This document shows positions 27,754 to 37,900 of a stretch of 64,000 nucleotides of DNA, piece by piece. The stretch covers positions 8,313 through 72,312 of the forward strand of contig JAEZIP010000057.1 in NCBI GenBank assembly GCA_023436625.1. The letters are read 5' to 3'. The notes under the pieces were generated by a model. The model was not told where the DNA came from and did no database searches. It saw only the letters and a list, made by a program, of their open reading frames with translations. The number at the start of each line of letters is the position of its first letter. Within the stretch, counting starts at the first letter, position 1. The position numbers and the translations under genes are program-made. The stretch comes from Methanobacteriota archaeon (GTDB taxonomy: Archaea; Halobacteriota; Methanomicrobia; Methanomicrobiales; Methanoculleaceae).

Positions 27754-28030
27754 GAAACCGCTGGGGGAACGGCAGATGCCTGAGCATCATCTGGCCTGAT
27801 AGACTGGTCCCGGGTTGACATTCTGTAGTGACCCTTCGACCCTTACGGTGCTGTTCGACTGCCATTTTGCAGCTGGGGTTTGGTCGGGGAGTGATTGAAT
27901 CTGCTGCCGGTTCTCCCTCTCCGCAATATCAGGAGGCCCTCGACCTTCTTCTCCAGGGGGCACTAACCCATAATGGAAACCGAATAGGAGTTTTCATGTC
28001 CGATGCAGACAGAATATGTGCAGCTGCAGC

Positions 28031-29107
28031 ATGAAGATAGCAATATTTCACGACTATTTCGGGGCCATCGGGGGCGGAGAAAAGGTTGTTATAGCCCTTG
28101 CACAGGCGTTAGATGCGGACATCATCACGACGGACGTCGATGCAGTGGCAAGGATTGATTCCGCAGTACAGGTGACCAGCCTCGGACCTACAATTAAAAC
28201 ACCACCTTTCAAACAACTCTCGGCAACGCTGAAATTTTCTTCATGTGATTATTCTGACGAGTATGATTTTTTCGTTTTCAGTGGTAACTGGGCCCATTAT
28301 GCGGCTAAAAAGCACCATCCCAATCTGTGGTACTGCCATACGCCCGTGAGGGCGTTTTATGATCTCTATGGTACGTTTCTACAGAGACAGAGCCTCATCC
28401 AGAGGCAATTTTACAGGATATGGGTGACTGCCCACCGCAAATTCGACCAGAACGCGGTAAAGGATCTGGATCGGATCGTCACAAATTCTCAAAACACGCA
28501 GAGGAGAATTCAGAAATACTACGGTCGAGATTCGACCATAACCTATCCCCCTGTCGATACTTCAAGATATTTCTGCAAAGAGTACGGGGACTTCTGGCTC
28601 TCGGTGAACCGCCTCTACCCGGAGAAACGGATTGAACTGCAGATCGAAGCCTTCCGGTCGATGCCGGACGAGCACCTGGTCATCGTCGGCGGATACGCCG
28701 CCGGAGACCACTCGGGCCGTTACGTGGCCCGGCTCATGGAAGACCTCCCGGAGAACGTCGAGGTCCGGGGGGAGGTCACTGAAGAGGAGCTGATCGACCT
28801 CTACGCCCGGTGCAGGGGGCATGTCTGCACGGCACTGGACGAGGACTTCGGCCTGACACCGGTGGAGGCGATGGCCGCCGGGAAGCCGGTGGTTGCGGTG
28901 AACGAGGGTGGGTTTTGCGAGACGATGACGGCGGATACGGGGATGCTTGTTAAAGCCGATCCATCAGACCTCGCAGCGGCGATCGACGTGATCTCCGGGG
29001 ATCCGGAGAGATACAGAGATGCATGCATCAAACGATCAAAGTTCTTTGACATATCGGTTTTCGAGGAGAGATTACGAGCTCTTGTCCAGCCAGTGCAGGA
29101 GTTGTAG
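28031..29107 (+). CDS. glycosyltransferase family 4 (GT-B)
   Basis: MKIAIFHDYFGAIGGGEKV N-terminus. EDFGLTPVEAMAAGKPVV. Start at ATG 28031. Confidence 0.85.
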   Translation: MKIAIFHDYFGAIGGGEKVVIALAQALDADIITTDVDAVARIDSAVQVTSLGPTIKTPPFKQLSATLKFSSCDYSDEYDFFVFSGNWAHYAAKKHHPNLWYCHTPVRAFYDLYGTFLQRQSLIQRQFYRIWVTAHRKFDQNAVKDLDRIVTNSQNTQRRIQKYYGRDSTITYPPVDTSRYFCKEYGDFWLSVNRLYPEKRIELQIEAFRSMPDEHLVIVGGYAAGDHSGRYVARLMEDLPENVEVRGEVTEEELIDLYARCRGHVCTALDEDFGLTPVEAMAAGKPVVAVNEGGFCETMTADTGMLVKADPSDLAAAIDVISGDPERYRDACIKRSKFFDISVFEERLRALVQPVQEL

Positions 29108-29434
29108 GACATCACCCGGTCCGATTGGATAGTTCTGCGGGGAGGCCATCTCAAAACCTCTTTGCCTGGAGAGAGCTCCTCTCAGAGCCTCCTGTGGGGT
29201 AATCTGAATCTCCAGATTGGAGGAGAAGTCAATATTTGGGGACACGTCGAAGAACCGGACCACGGCTCAAACTCGAACGGATCCCTGTATTGCAAACTAT
29301 TTTGGGGTGACCATGTGGTCACGGGAAACCCATCTTACACGGGGAAACCTGGCGGGGTGATTCGACTGTATAAATATATCCGGATTAATATCAATCCAGA
29401 AACATTATACGGGCTAAATAACCATTACTCTGTC

Positions 29435-29911
29435 ATGAAAACGACCATCGACGGGGTGGCTGTTAAAAACTTACGTCTCATTCCGGACGAGCGGGGATGG
29501 CTCATGGAGATCCTCCGGTGTGACGACGCTATTTTCGAGAAATTCGGGCAGGTCTACTGCACGACGGCCTACCCCGGGGTTGTGAAAGCCTGGCATTATC
29601 ATAAGAAACAGACCGACAACTTCACCTGCATCCACGGGATGATGAAGGTCGCGCTCTACGATGCACGTGAGAATTCGCCCACCCGGGGAAACCTCATGGA
29701 GTTCTTCGTCGGGGAGAAGAACTCGATCCTCATCAGCGTCCCGCCCGGCGTCTATCACGGGTTCAAGGGGATCGGCACCGAGACCGCGTTCTTCGTGAGC
29801 ATCCCGACCCTGCCGTACAACTACGACGATCCGGACGAGTTCCGGCTTCCGCCCGACACGGGCGAGATCCCCTACGACTGGGGCCTTGCGCCCGGGCTGA
29901 AACACGGGTGA
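29435..29911 (+). CDS. rmlC: dTDP-4-dehydrorhamnose 3,5-epimerase family (cupin)
   Basis: IPDERGWLMEI, KAWHYHKKQTD and PPGVYHGF cupin motifs. Start at ATG 29435. The upstream 91 codons of the ORF are low-complexity and were discarded. Confidence 0.8.
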   Translation: MKTTIDGVAVKNLRLIPDERGWLMEILRCDDAIFEKFGQVYCTTAYPGVVKAWHYHKKQTDNFTCIHGMMKVALYDARENSPTRGNLMEFFVGEKNSILISVPPGVYHGFKGIGTETAFFVSIPTLPYNYDDPDEFRLPPDTGEIPYDWGLAPGLKHG

Positions 29912-29915
29912 CTCT

Positions 29916-30878
29916 ATGCGGATTCTCGTAACCGGCGGGCTCGGGTTCATCGGGAGCAACTTTATTCGGCAGATGCTTGAGGAGCACCCCGACGACACCG
30001 TCGTAAACCTGGATAAGATCACCTACGCCGGAAACCCGGAAAACCTGAAGAATATCGCCGGGAATCCACGGTATACGTTTATCCGGGGCGATATCTGCGA
30101 CCCGGAGATCGTCGGCTCCGTCTTCCGGGAACACCCGGTCGATGCCGTCGTCCATTTCGCGGCGGAGAGTCATGTCGACCGGTCGATAGAGGACGCCTCC
30201 GTCTTTGTCAGAACGAACGTCCTCGGCGCCCACGTGCTGCTCGAAGGGGCGCTGAGCCACGGTGTTAAGCGGTTTATCCACGTCTCGACCGACGAGGTCT
30301 ACGGGAGCATCCGGTCAGGATCCTTCCGGGAGACGGACAACCTGAACCCCTCGAGCCCCTACTCGGCGAGCAAGGCAGCCTCCGACCTTCTTGCGCGGTC
30401 GTACTATATCACCCACGATCTCGGCGTCATCGTCACCCGCTGCACGAACAACTTCGGACCCTACCAGTACCCGGAGAAACTCATTCCGCTCTTTGTCACC
30501 AACCTCCTTGAGGGAAAGAAGGTCCCCGTTTACGGCACCGGTCAGAACGTCCGCGACTGGATCTATGTGGCCGATCACTGCCGGGCGGTCGATTTCATCC
30601 TCCGCCACGGGGAGCCGGGGGAGATCTACAACATCGGGGGCGGCAACGAGAAGAGCAACCTCGAGATCACCGAAGGGATCCTAAAGACCCTCGGAAAGGA
30701 CGAGTCGATGATCGAGTACGTTCCCGACCGGCCGGGGCACGACTGGCGGTACTCGCTCGACTCCTCGAAGCTCCGGGCGATGGGTTGGAAGCCCGGATTC
30801 GCTTTCGAAACCGCCTTACGGGCGACTATCCAATGGTATACTGAGAATGAGTGGTGGTGGCGGCGGTTAAAACGGTAA
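29916..30878 (+). CDS. rmlB: dTDP-glucose 4,6-dehydratase
   Basis: ILVTGGLGFIGSNF, STDEVYG, YSASKAASD and RCTNNFGPYQYPEKLIP are classic RmlB motifs. Confidence 0.93.
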   Translation: MRILVTGGLGFIGSNFIRQMLEEHPDDTVVNLDKITYAGNPENLKNIAGNPRYTFIRGDICDPEIVGSVFREHPVDAVVHFAAESHVDRSIEDASVFVRTNVLGAHVLLEGALSHGVKRFIHVSTDEVYGSIRSGSFRETDNLNPSSPYSASKAASDLLARSYYITHDLGVIVTRCTNNFGPYQYPEKLIPLFVTNLLEGKKVPVYGTGQNVRDWIYVADHCRAVDFILRHGEPGEIYNIGGGNEKSNLEITEGILKTLGKDESMIEYVPDRPGHDWRYSLDSSKLRAMGWKPGFAFETALRATIQWYTENEWWWRRLKR

Positions 30879-31663
30879 TCTTCGGTGCATACGGGATGCT
30901 CGGCCACGACCTCGCAGCAGTTTTTCCTGGAGCGGTCCTCCACGGTCGTGAACTGGATATCACCGACGGGAAGGCGGTTTCTGCGTGCATCCGCGGCCTC
31001 TCTCCCGATCTGGTCGTCAATGCTGCTGCCTATACCGACGTCGATGGGTGCGAGGATAACCGGGATCTGGCGTTCGCCGTCAACGGGGAGGCGCTCGCAT
31101 ACATCGCCTCCGCCTGCTCGGACGTGGGGGCCACGCTCGTCCACTACAGCACGGATTACGTCTTTGACGGCTCGAAGACGGAATATACCGAGTCCGACGT
31201 GCCGAACCCCATCAACGTCTACGGGGCCTCCAAATTCCTCGGCGAGCAGAATATCGCAAAGAACATGGACGACTACCGGATCATCCGCACGTCCTGGCTT
31301 TTTGGGCGACACGGGAGGAACTTCGTCGAGACCATGCTTCACCTCTCGGGGCAGATGGACCCGGTCCGGGTGGTGGACGACCAGGTCGGGAAGCCGACGT
31401 ACACGGTCGACCTTGCCCGGAAGACGCCGGAGATCGTCGGATGTCCTCCCGGGATCTACCACGTCACGAACGACGGCGTCTGCTCGTGGTACGAGTTTGC
31501 GCGTGCGATTATCAAGAACGTGGTGCCCTGCTCGAGCGCAGAGTTCCCCCGGAAGGCGAAACGTCCGGCATATTCGGTGCTGATGAACACAAAGACGGCC
31601 CCGCTCCGGCACTGGAGCGGTGCGCTTGCCGATTATTTGAACTTAAAAGGTGAATCTCATTGA
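30851..31663 (+). CDS. rmlD: dTDP-4-dehydrorhamnose reductase
   Basis: IFGAYGMLG Rossmann motif, AAYTDVDGCE, STDYVFDG and YGASKFLGE. GTG start overlaps the rmlB 3-prime end. Confidence 0.88.
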   Translation: MVVAAVKTVIFGAYGMLGHDLAAVFPGAVLHGRELDITDGKAVSACIRGLSPDLVVNAAAYTDVDGCEDNRDLAFAVNGEALAYIASACSDVGATLVHYSTDYVFDGSKTEYTESDVPNPINVYGASKFLGEQNIAKNMDDYRIIRTSWLFGRHGRNFVETMLHLSGQMDPVRVVDDQVGKPTYTVDLARKTPEIVGCPPGIYHVTNDGVCSWYEFARAIIKNVVPCSSAEFPRKAKRPAYSVLMNTKTAPLRHWSGALADYLNLKGESH

Positions 31664-32445
31664 AAGGCGTAATTCTTGCCGGGGGTACCGGATCCCGCCT
31701 GTATCCCCTGACGAAGGTGACGAACAAGCACCTGCTGCCCGTGTACGATAAACCGATGATCTGTTACCCTCTGGAGAAGTTGATCGGTGCCGGCGTCGAG
31801 GAGATCATGATCGTCTCCGGCCGGGGGCACGTGGGGCATTTCCTTGAACTGCTCGGCTCAGGCTCGGAGTTCGGCGTCAGCATCACCTACGAGATCCAGG
31901 AAAATACCGGGGGGATTGCCCAGGCGCTCGGTCTTGCCCGGAAGTGGGCCGGGACCGGCAACATCGCGGTCATCCTCGGCGACAACATCTTCGAGGACGA
32001 CTTCCGGGACGAGATCGACTCGTTCGATAGGGGAGCGAAGGTCTTCTTAAAGGAGGTCTCCGACCCGCAGCGGTTCGGGGTGGCCGAGGTCGACGGCAGC
32101 CGGATCCTCTCGATCGAGGAGAAGCCGCAGGCGCCCAGGTCGAACCTTGCCGTCACGGGCCTGTATCTCTATGACGCACGGGTCTTTGAGATCATCCAGA
32201 CGCTCAAGCCTTCCGGTAGGGGCGAGCTCGAGATCACCGACGTGAATAACGCCTACGTCCGGGATGGCGAGCTGAAGTACAGCATTCTCCCGGGCTTCTG
32301 GAGCGATGCCGGAACGTTCGACAGCCTGATGCGGGCAAGCGTGATGGTCCAACGGCACCGGAAGAGGCAGGCGGAGTCGGCCTGCCCGGCGGTAACGGGG
32401 CGAGGAGAGCAACCGGATGATCAGCGTCGTCGTCACGAACTATAA
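31660..32445 (+). CDS. rmlA: glucose-1-phosphate thymidylyltransferase (short form)
   Basis: KGVILAGGTGSRLYPLT, GIAQAL, GDNIF and EKP motifs. TTG start overlaps the rmlD stop. Confidence 0.88.
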   Translation: MKGVILAGGTGSRLYPLTKVTNKHLLPVYDKPMICYPLEKLIGAGVEEIMIVSGRGHVGHFLELLGSGSEFGVSITYEIQENTGGIAQALGLARKWAGTGNIAVILGDNIFEDDFRDEIDSFDRGAKVFLKEVSDPQRFGVAEVDGSRILSIEEKPQAPRSNLAVTGLYLYDARVFEIIQTLKPSGRGELEITDVNNAYVRDGELKYSILPGFWSDAGTFDSLMRASVMVQRHRKRQAESACPAVTGRGEQPDDQRRRHEL

Positions 32446-33373
32446 CGGCCGGAAGTACCTGGCGGACTGCCTTTCTTCTCTTGCAGCACAGACTTACCGG
32501 GATTTCGAGACGATCGTGGTCGATAACGCTTCAACCGACGGCAGCGTGGAGTTTGTCGAGGAGAACTACCTGGAGGTCAGGATCGTCCGGAACCGGGAGA
32601 ACCTGGGATTCGCCGGGGGAACGAACGCCGGTATCCGTGCCGCCCGGGGGGAGTACGTCCTCACCCTGAACAACGATACGCGGGCCGACCCCGGTTTTCT
32701 GGAGCACCTCAGGGACGCCATGGACGTCGACACCGCTACGGGGATGTGCGCTGCAAAGATGCTCTTTCCGAATGGTTCGATAAACTCAACCGGGATCTGC
32801 ATCTCGCGGAGCGGCGCTGCCTGGGACCGGGGAATGTATGAGCCGGATCACGGACAGTATGACTGTTCCGAAGAGGTCTTCGGCCCCTGCGCCGGCGCCG
32901 CACTCTATCGGCGGGAGATGCTCGAGGAGATCGGGCTCTTCGACGAGGACTTCTTCCTCTACATGGATGATGTCGATCTGGCTTTTCGGGCCCGCCTTGC
33001 GGGCTGGGCGTGCCGCTATGTCCCGGAGGCGAAGGTCTACCACCACCACGGCGGCACCGCGGGCGTCGGGACCGACCTCGCCGTCTACTACGGGAACCGG
33101 AACTGCGTCTGGTACGTTGTAAAGAACTTCCCTTCGCGACTGCTCGTCACCTCGATCCCCTGGATTCTGGTGAGGAACCTCATTGTCGTGCCCTACTACG
33201 CGACGAAGGGGCGGGGGCGTGCAGTCGTCCGGTCCAAGGTCGATGCCGTGTGCGGTATTCCCCGGATGCTTCGCAAGCGCTCGAAGATCAGGCGGAAGGT
33301 GCCGGAGAGTGAGATCAGGCGATTCATACACACCTGGTGCAGTATCGGGAGACCTTCACATGTGGCTTGTTGA
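32417..33373 (+). CDS. glycosyltransferase family 2 (rhamnosyltransferase-like)
   Basis: ISVVVTNYNGRKYL...VVDNASTDGS, LNNDT and FFLYMDDVDLAFR motifs. Confidence 0.88.
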   Translation: MISVVVTNYNGRKYLADCLSSLAAQTYRDFETIVVDNASTDGSVEFVEENYLEVRIVRNRENLGFAGGTNAGIRAARGEYVLTLNNDTRADPGFLEHLRDAMDVDTATGMCAAKMLFPNGSINSTGICISRSGAAWDRGMYEPDHGQYDCSEEVFGPCAGAALYRREMLEEIGLFDEDFFLYMDDVDLAFRARLAGWACRYVPEAKVYHHHGGTAGVGTDLAVYYGNRNCVWYVVKNFPSRLLVTSIPWILVRNLIVVPYYATKGRGRAVVRSKVDAVCGIPRMLRKRSKIRRKVPESEIRRFIHTWCSIGRPSHVAC

Positions 33374-34121
33374 TTACAGAGATCTCATCTGGAACCTTAC
33401 GATCAGCGACCTGAAGGTCAGGTACCAGAGTTCGGTGCTCGGATTTGCCTGGTCGCTCTTGAACCCGCTCCTGATGATGCTGGTCCTCTACGCTGTCTTT
33501 ATGAACATCTTTCGGTTCGAGCAGGAGAACTTTGCGCTCTACCTCCTCATCGGGATCATTGTCTGGCGGTTCCTTGCCAACGGGACCATGACGGCGATGG
33601 GCTCGATCGTCGGCAGACCGGGCCTCGTGACCAAACTCTACATCCCCCGCCAGATCCTGGTGATGAGCTCCGTACTCTCGAGTTTCATCAGTTCCATCCT
33701 CGAGTTCGCGGTGCTGATCCCGCTGCTCTTTATCCTGGGTGCGAAGGTGACGCCGAACATCCTCTTCTTCCCGGTCGTGCACGGGATCTACTTCCTGATC
33801 GTCTACGGCGTATCCCTGGTCCTCGCCTCGCTCTTTGTCTACTTCCGGGACTTAAACCAGGTCTGGGACGTGGTTCTCCAGGCGGGGTTCTTCTTATCGC
33901 CGATCGTCTACCCCGTCAGCGTCATCCCGGCGGCGTTCCTCGGCTACTACATGCTCAACCCGATGACCGCACTCATTGAGACCTACCGGGAGTTCCTGCT
34001 CTACGGGGTGACGCCTTCCCCGGCAACCCTCCTCGCTCTCCTCATGGTTGGGACCGTGCTGGTCGCCGCGGGGATCCTGGTCTTCAGTCGGCTCGAGCGC
34101 CGGTTTGCGGAGGAGATCTGA
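33360..34121 (+). CDS. wzm: ABC-2 type polysaccharide export permease (Wzm/TagG-like)
   Basis: N-terminal LTISDLKVRYQSSVLGFAWSLLNP signature and six TM segments. ATG at 33360. Immediately followed by the ATPase gene. Confidence 0.85.
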   Translation: MWLVDYRDLIWNLTISDLKVRYQSSVLGFAWSLLNPLLMMLVLYAVFMNIFRFEQENFALYLLIGIIVWRFLANGTMTAMGSIVGRPGLVTKLYIPRQILVMSSVLSSFISSILEFAVLIPLLFILGAKVTPNILFFPVVHGIYFLIVYGVSLVLASLFVYFRDLNQVWDVVLQAGFFLSPIVYPVSVIPAAFLGYYMLNPMTALIETYREFLLYGVTPSPATLLALLMVGTVLVAAGILVFSRLERRFAEEI

Positions 34122-34874
34122 ATGAACAGCGACGAAGCGATCGTGGTCGAGCACCTCAGTAAGGAGTTCCGGATCCCCCACGACCGCAAGGTCACCGTGT
34201 ACGAGCATATCGTCGGGCTCCTCAAGGGTAGAAAGTACTCCTACGACCGGTTCTCGGCTCTGGACGACGTCTCCTTCACGGTCCGACGCGGAGAGACCTT
34301 CGGGGTCATCGGGCCGAACGGAAGCGGGAAGAGCACGCTTTTAAAGATCCTTGCCGGGGTGCTCTACCCCGACTCCGGGAATGTCCGGGTGAACGGCAAG
34401 ATTGCTCCCTTCCTCGAACTCGGGGTCGGGTTCCAGCCGGACCTCACGGCCAGGGAGAACATCTACCTCTACGGCTCGATCATGGGCCTGACCCGGAAGG
34501 AGATCGGGAAACGTTACGACGAGATCCTCGACTTCTCCGAGCTGCGGCGTTTCGAGAACATGAAGCTCAAGAACTTCTCGTCGGGGATGGCGGTCCGGCT
34601 TGCGTTTGCGACGGCGATCCAGACGGACCCCGATATCCTGCTGGTGGACGAGGTGCTTGCCGTCGGCGACGAGGCTTTCCAGCGCAAGTGCAACGCGAAG
34701 ATCGAGGAGATCCGACGCGAGGGGAAGACGATCATCGTGGTCTCGCATGCCCTCGGGACGGTGCAGGAGCTGTGCGAGCGGTGTATGCTGCTGAAGGGCG
34801 GCAGGGTTATCTCGTCGGGGGAGACCGGCAGGGTGGTCGAGGAGTATCTGCGGGTTTCGGCGGCGGGGTCGTAG
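34122..34874 (+). CDS. wzt: polysaccharide export ABC transporter ATP-binding protein (Wzt/TagH-like), NBD only
   Basis: Walker A GPNGSGKST, signature FSSGMAVRLAF, Walker B ILLVDE. At 250 aa there is no room for a C-terminal carbohydrate-binding domain. Confidence 0.9.
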   Translation: MNSDEAIVVEHLSKEFRIPHDRKVTVYEHIVGLLKGRKYSYDRFSALDDVSFTVRRGETFGVIGPNGSGKSTLLKILAGVLYPDSGNVRVNGKIAPFLELGVGFQPDLTARENIYLYGSIMGLTRKEIGKRYDEILDFSELRRFENMKLKNFSSGMAVRLAFATAIQTDPDILLVDEVLAVGDEAFQRKCNAKIEEIRREGKTIIVVSHALGTVQELCERCMLLKGGRVISSGETGRVVEEYLRVSAAGS

Positions 34875-34919
34875 GCGTGATGGTTTTTTGGTGTAGGTAT
34901 TTACAGAGAAGGTAGGCAA

Positions 34920-37900
34920 ATGAGTCCGATTTACGAAGATCATCGTTCAACGAGGTATGAACCCCCGGTCATCGACCTGGAGAACAAAAACAATAGCCAG
35001 GTCCTCTTGATCGAACTAATAGGGGCGGGGAAAAACATCCTTGAGGTCGGCACGTCCACCGGCTACGTCAGCCGAATCCTCAAAGAACGGGGGAATACCG
35101 TCACCGGCATCGAGATCGACCCGGGAGCAGGCGAGATTGCCGGACAGCACTGCGACTCGATGTTCATCGGGGATATCGAGAAACTGGACCTTGATGCCTA
35201 CCTTGCTCCTTCCTCCTTCGACGTGATCATATTCGGGGATGTTCTGGAGCACTTGGTCTCCCCGGAGGATGTACTCAGGAAGGTGAAGAAGTACCTCCGG
35301 CCGGACGGATTCCTGGCCATTTCTCTACCGAACGTCTGCCATGGGGATGTAATCTTAAACCTATTCATGGGTGACTTCAAGTATACCTCGATGGGGCTTT
35401 TAGATGCCACCCATCTGCGTTTCTTCGGGCTCAGGAATATCATCGATCTCTTTAGCCGTTGTGGATATTCAATAACCGATATTCGTACGACGGTGCTGCC
35501 TGTCGGGGGCACCGAGCAGAGAGTCGATCCTGGACTTGTTCCGGAGGATCTCGCCAACTTCGTGAAGTCTCTTCCAAATTCGAGTGTTTATCAGTATGTC
35601 TTTACAGCGAGTCCTTCTCCGGGCCCAGGGGCGGTGGAGGCGGCTCCTGCACCTGATCTCGAGGGTCTGTTTCGCGGGGCCATTGAGGGGAGTATTCAGG
35701 CTGAGACCAAACCGTTGTTAGAGGAACTTAGTGCATACGAAGTACGCATAGCCTCATTCGATGAGCAGATCAAGCAGTTGATAGGGAAATCCGAGTCACT
35801 GCAGAAGGCTATCGCAGAGCGTGATGCGCAGGTTGCTTCGCTCAATGAGCAGATTACTCTGTCAGATGAGATACTTCGGTCTCTGAAAAAGGTTCTTGCT
35901 GATCGCGATGCACAGATTGCTTCGCTCGATGAGCAGACTCAGCAGCAGGCAGTCCAGTTAGTGCACTTATCCAATGAGCTTGCCAGTATGAAGCAAAGCG
36001 TTGTGTGGCAGTTGTTGATGAAATTTCATAGTGGATTTGTTGAGAGGATTCTTCCACAAAATACCCGCAGAAGGAAGTTATACACTCTTGGGTTAGTGGG
36101 ATTAAGGGTCCTCATACACGAAGGGCCAGGAAGTCTCTGGATGCATGGGAAAAGGAGGTTGGGGAATAAATTTCGATTAAGGTTGTTAAATCTCAAAGAA
36201 CCAGTATTAAGGATCTCTTTAGAGGCGTATGATGGGAATGTCCCGCTACCACTAGACAATCCGTTAATGGGGCGCTTTATTTCACCAACAAATGAGTTAC
36301 ATGCCATTGAAGTCCTGACCGAGACATATGAAAGGCGTAATGCAGACCTGCGGTTATCTATCAGGGAAGGTTCGCCTGAGGGGCGGGTCGTCCGCGAGGC
36401 GCTGCTCAAAGGCAGCAGGATTATAAACAATGGATACAGTTGGTGGGGGTTTAAACCCATTCCCGATAGTAAGGAGAAAGTGTACTATTTCCAGATTGAA
36501 TCTACAGGGTCTCCATCAGCTGCGGTCTGGTATAATTCGACTCCTCTCAATGAGAAACTGCAACTTTTCAGAGATGGAAACGAGATCAATGGTCAAATAG
36601 GGTTTCAGTGTTTCACAAAGGAAGCAATCCGGGATCCATACAGACTCTGGATCCTGCAAAACGATCCTTCGGAGGCCCAGCTTGAGCAGATGCGGAAAGA
36701 GTGTGTAACCTTTTCTTACCGGCCGAAGATCAGTATCGTAACGCCGGTATGGAATACGGATGAGAGATGGTTACGGCGTGCTATTGAGTCGGTCCTTGAG
36801 CAGACATACGACAACTGGGAACTCTGTATTGCTGACGGAGGTTCCACAAGGGAATCTGTAGAGAGGGTACTTAAAGAGTACGCCGAAAAAGACTCACGAA
36901 TTAAGGTGAAATCTCTGGATGAGAACAAGGGGATTTCTGGGAACTCCAACGAAGCTCTTTCGCTAGCAGCGGGGGATTTCATCGGGCTTCTTGACCATGA
37001 CGATGAACTGGCTCCCTTCGCACTGTGCGAGGTTGTAAAACTTCTGAATAAAAAGAGACATGTGAGTTTTATCTATTCGGATGAGGATAAAATCGATGAA
37101 AAGAGGAGGCGGAATAATCCATTCTTTAAGCCGGATTGGTCCCCGGACACATTCTTTTCGCACAACTATATCTGTCACTTCTCAGTTATCAAACGAGAAC
37201 TCGTTCAGAGGGTTGGAGGCTTTCGGGAAGGATATGATGGGTCCCAGGATTACGACCTCTTCTTGCGGGTCACCGAAACACTCGATGAAAGGGAAATTGC
37301 GCATATCCCAAAGATCCTCTATCATTGGAGAACAATTCAGGGTTCTGCTGCAGATAACGTAGAGGCTAAACCTTATGCAATTGTAGCCGCGAAAAAAGCT
37401 CTGGCCAATGCACTTTATCGGCGTGGCATAAAGGCTTCTGTGTTGGATGGACCATACCTCAGTTCATATAGGGTTCGGTATGAGATTACAGGCAACCCCA
37501 AGGTTTCAATAATCATCCCTACAAAAGACAAGGTGGGCGTACTGCAGACCTGTGTCAACTCTATTCTCGAGATGACTGATTATGAGAATTATGAGGTTGT
37601 CATTGTTGATAACCAGAGCCGCGAACCGGAAACCCACGATTACTATCAGCGGATCAAGAATAATCCGCACGTAAAGGTTCTTGAATATGATAGCCCCTTT
37701 AATTTCTCTGCCATCAATAATTTCGCAGTAGCGCACGCTGATGGGGAGTATCTCGTTCTTCTAAATAACGATACGGAAATTGTCGCTGAAGAGTGGCTGA
37801 CTGCGATGCTCGAACACGCACAGCGAGAGGAGGTGGGTGCGGTCGGGGCAAAACTCCTGTATTATAATAATACCATTCAGCATGCGGGCGTTGTTCTCGG

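Noticed and set aside
29162-29434. N-terminal 91 codons of ORF 29162..29911, and similar extensions at 33183..33359, 26563..26613, 46079..46159 and 4303..4404
   Set aside because: The extensions are non-homologous or low-complexity and start with weak context. Internal ATGs give products that begin at the conserved family N-termini.
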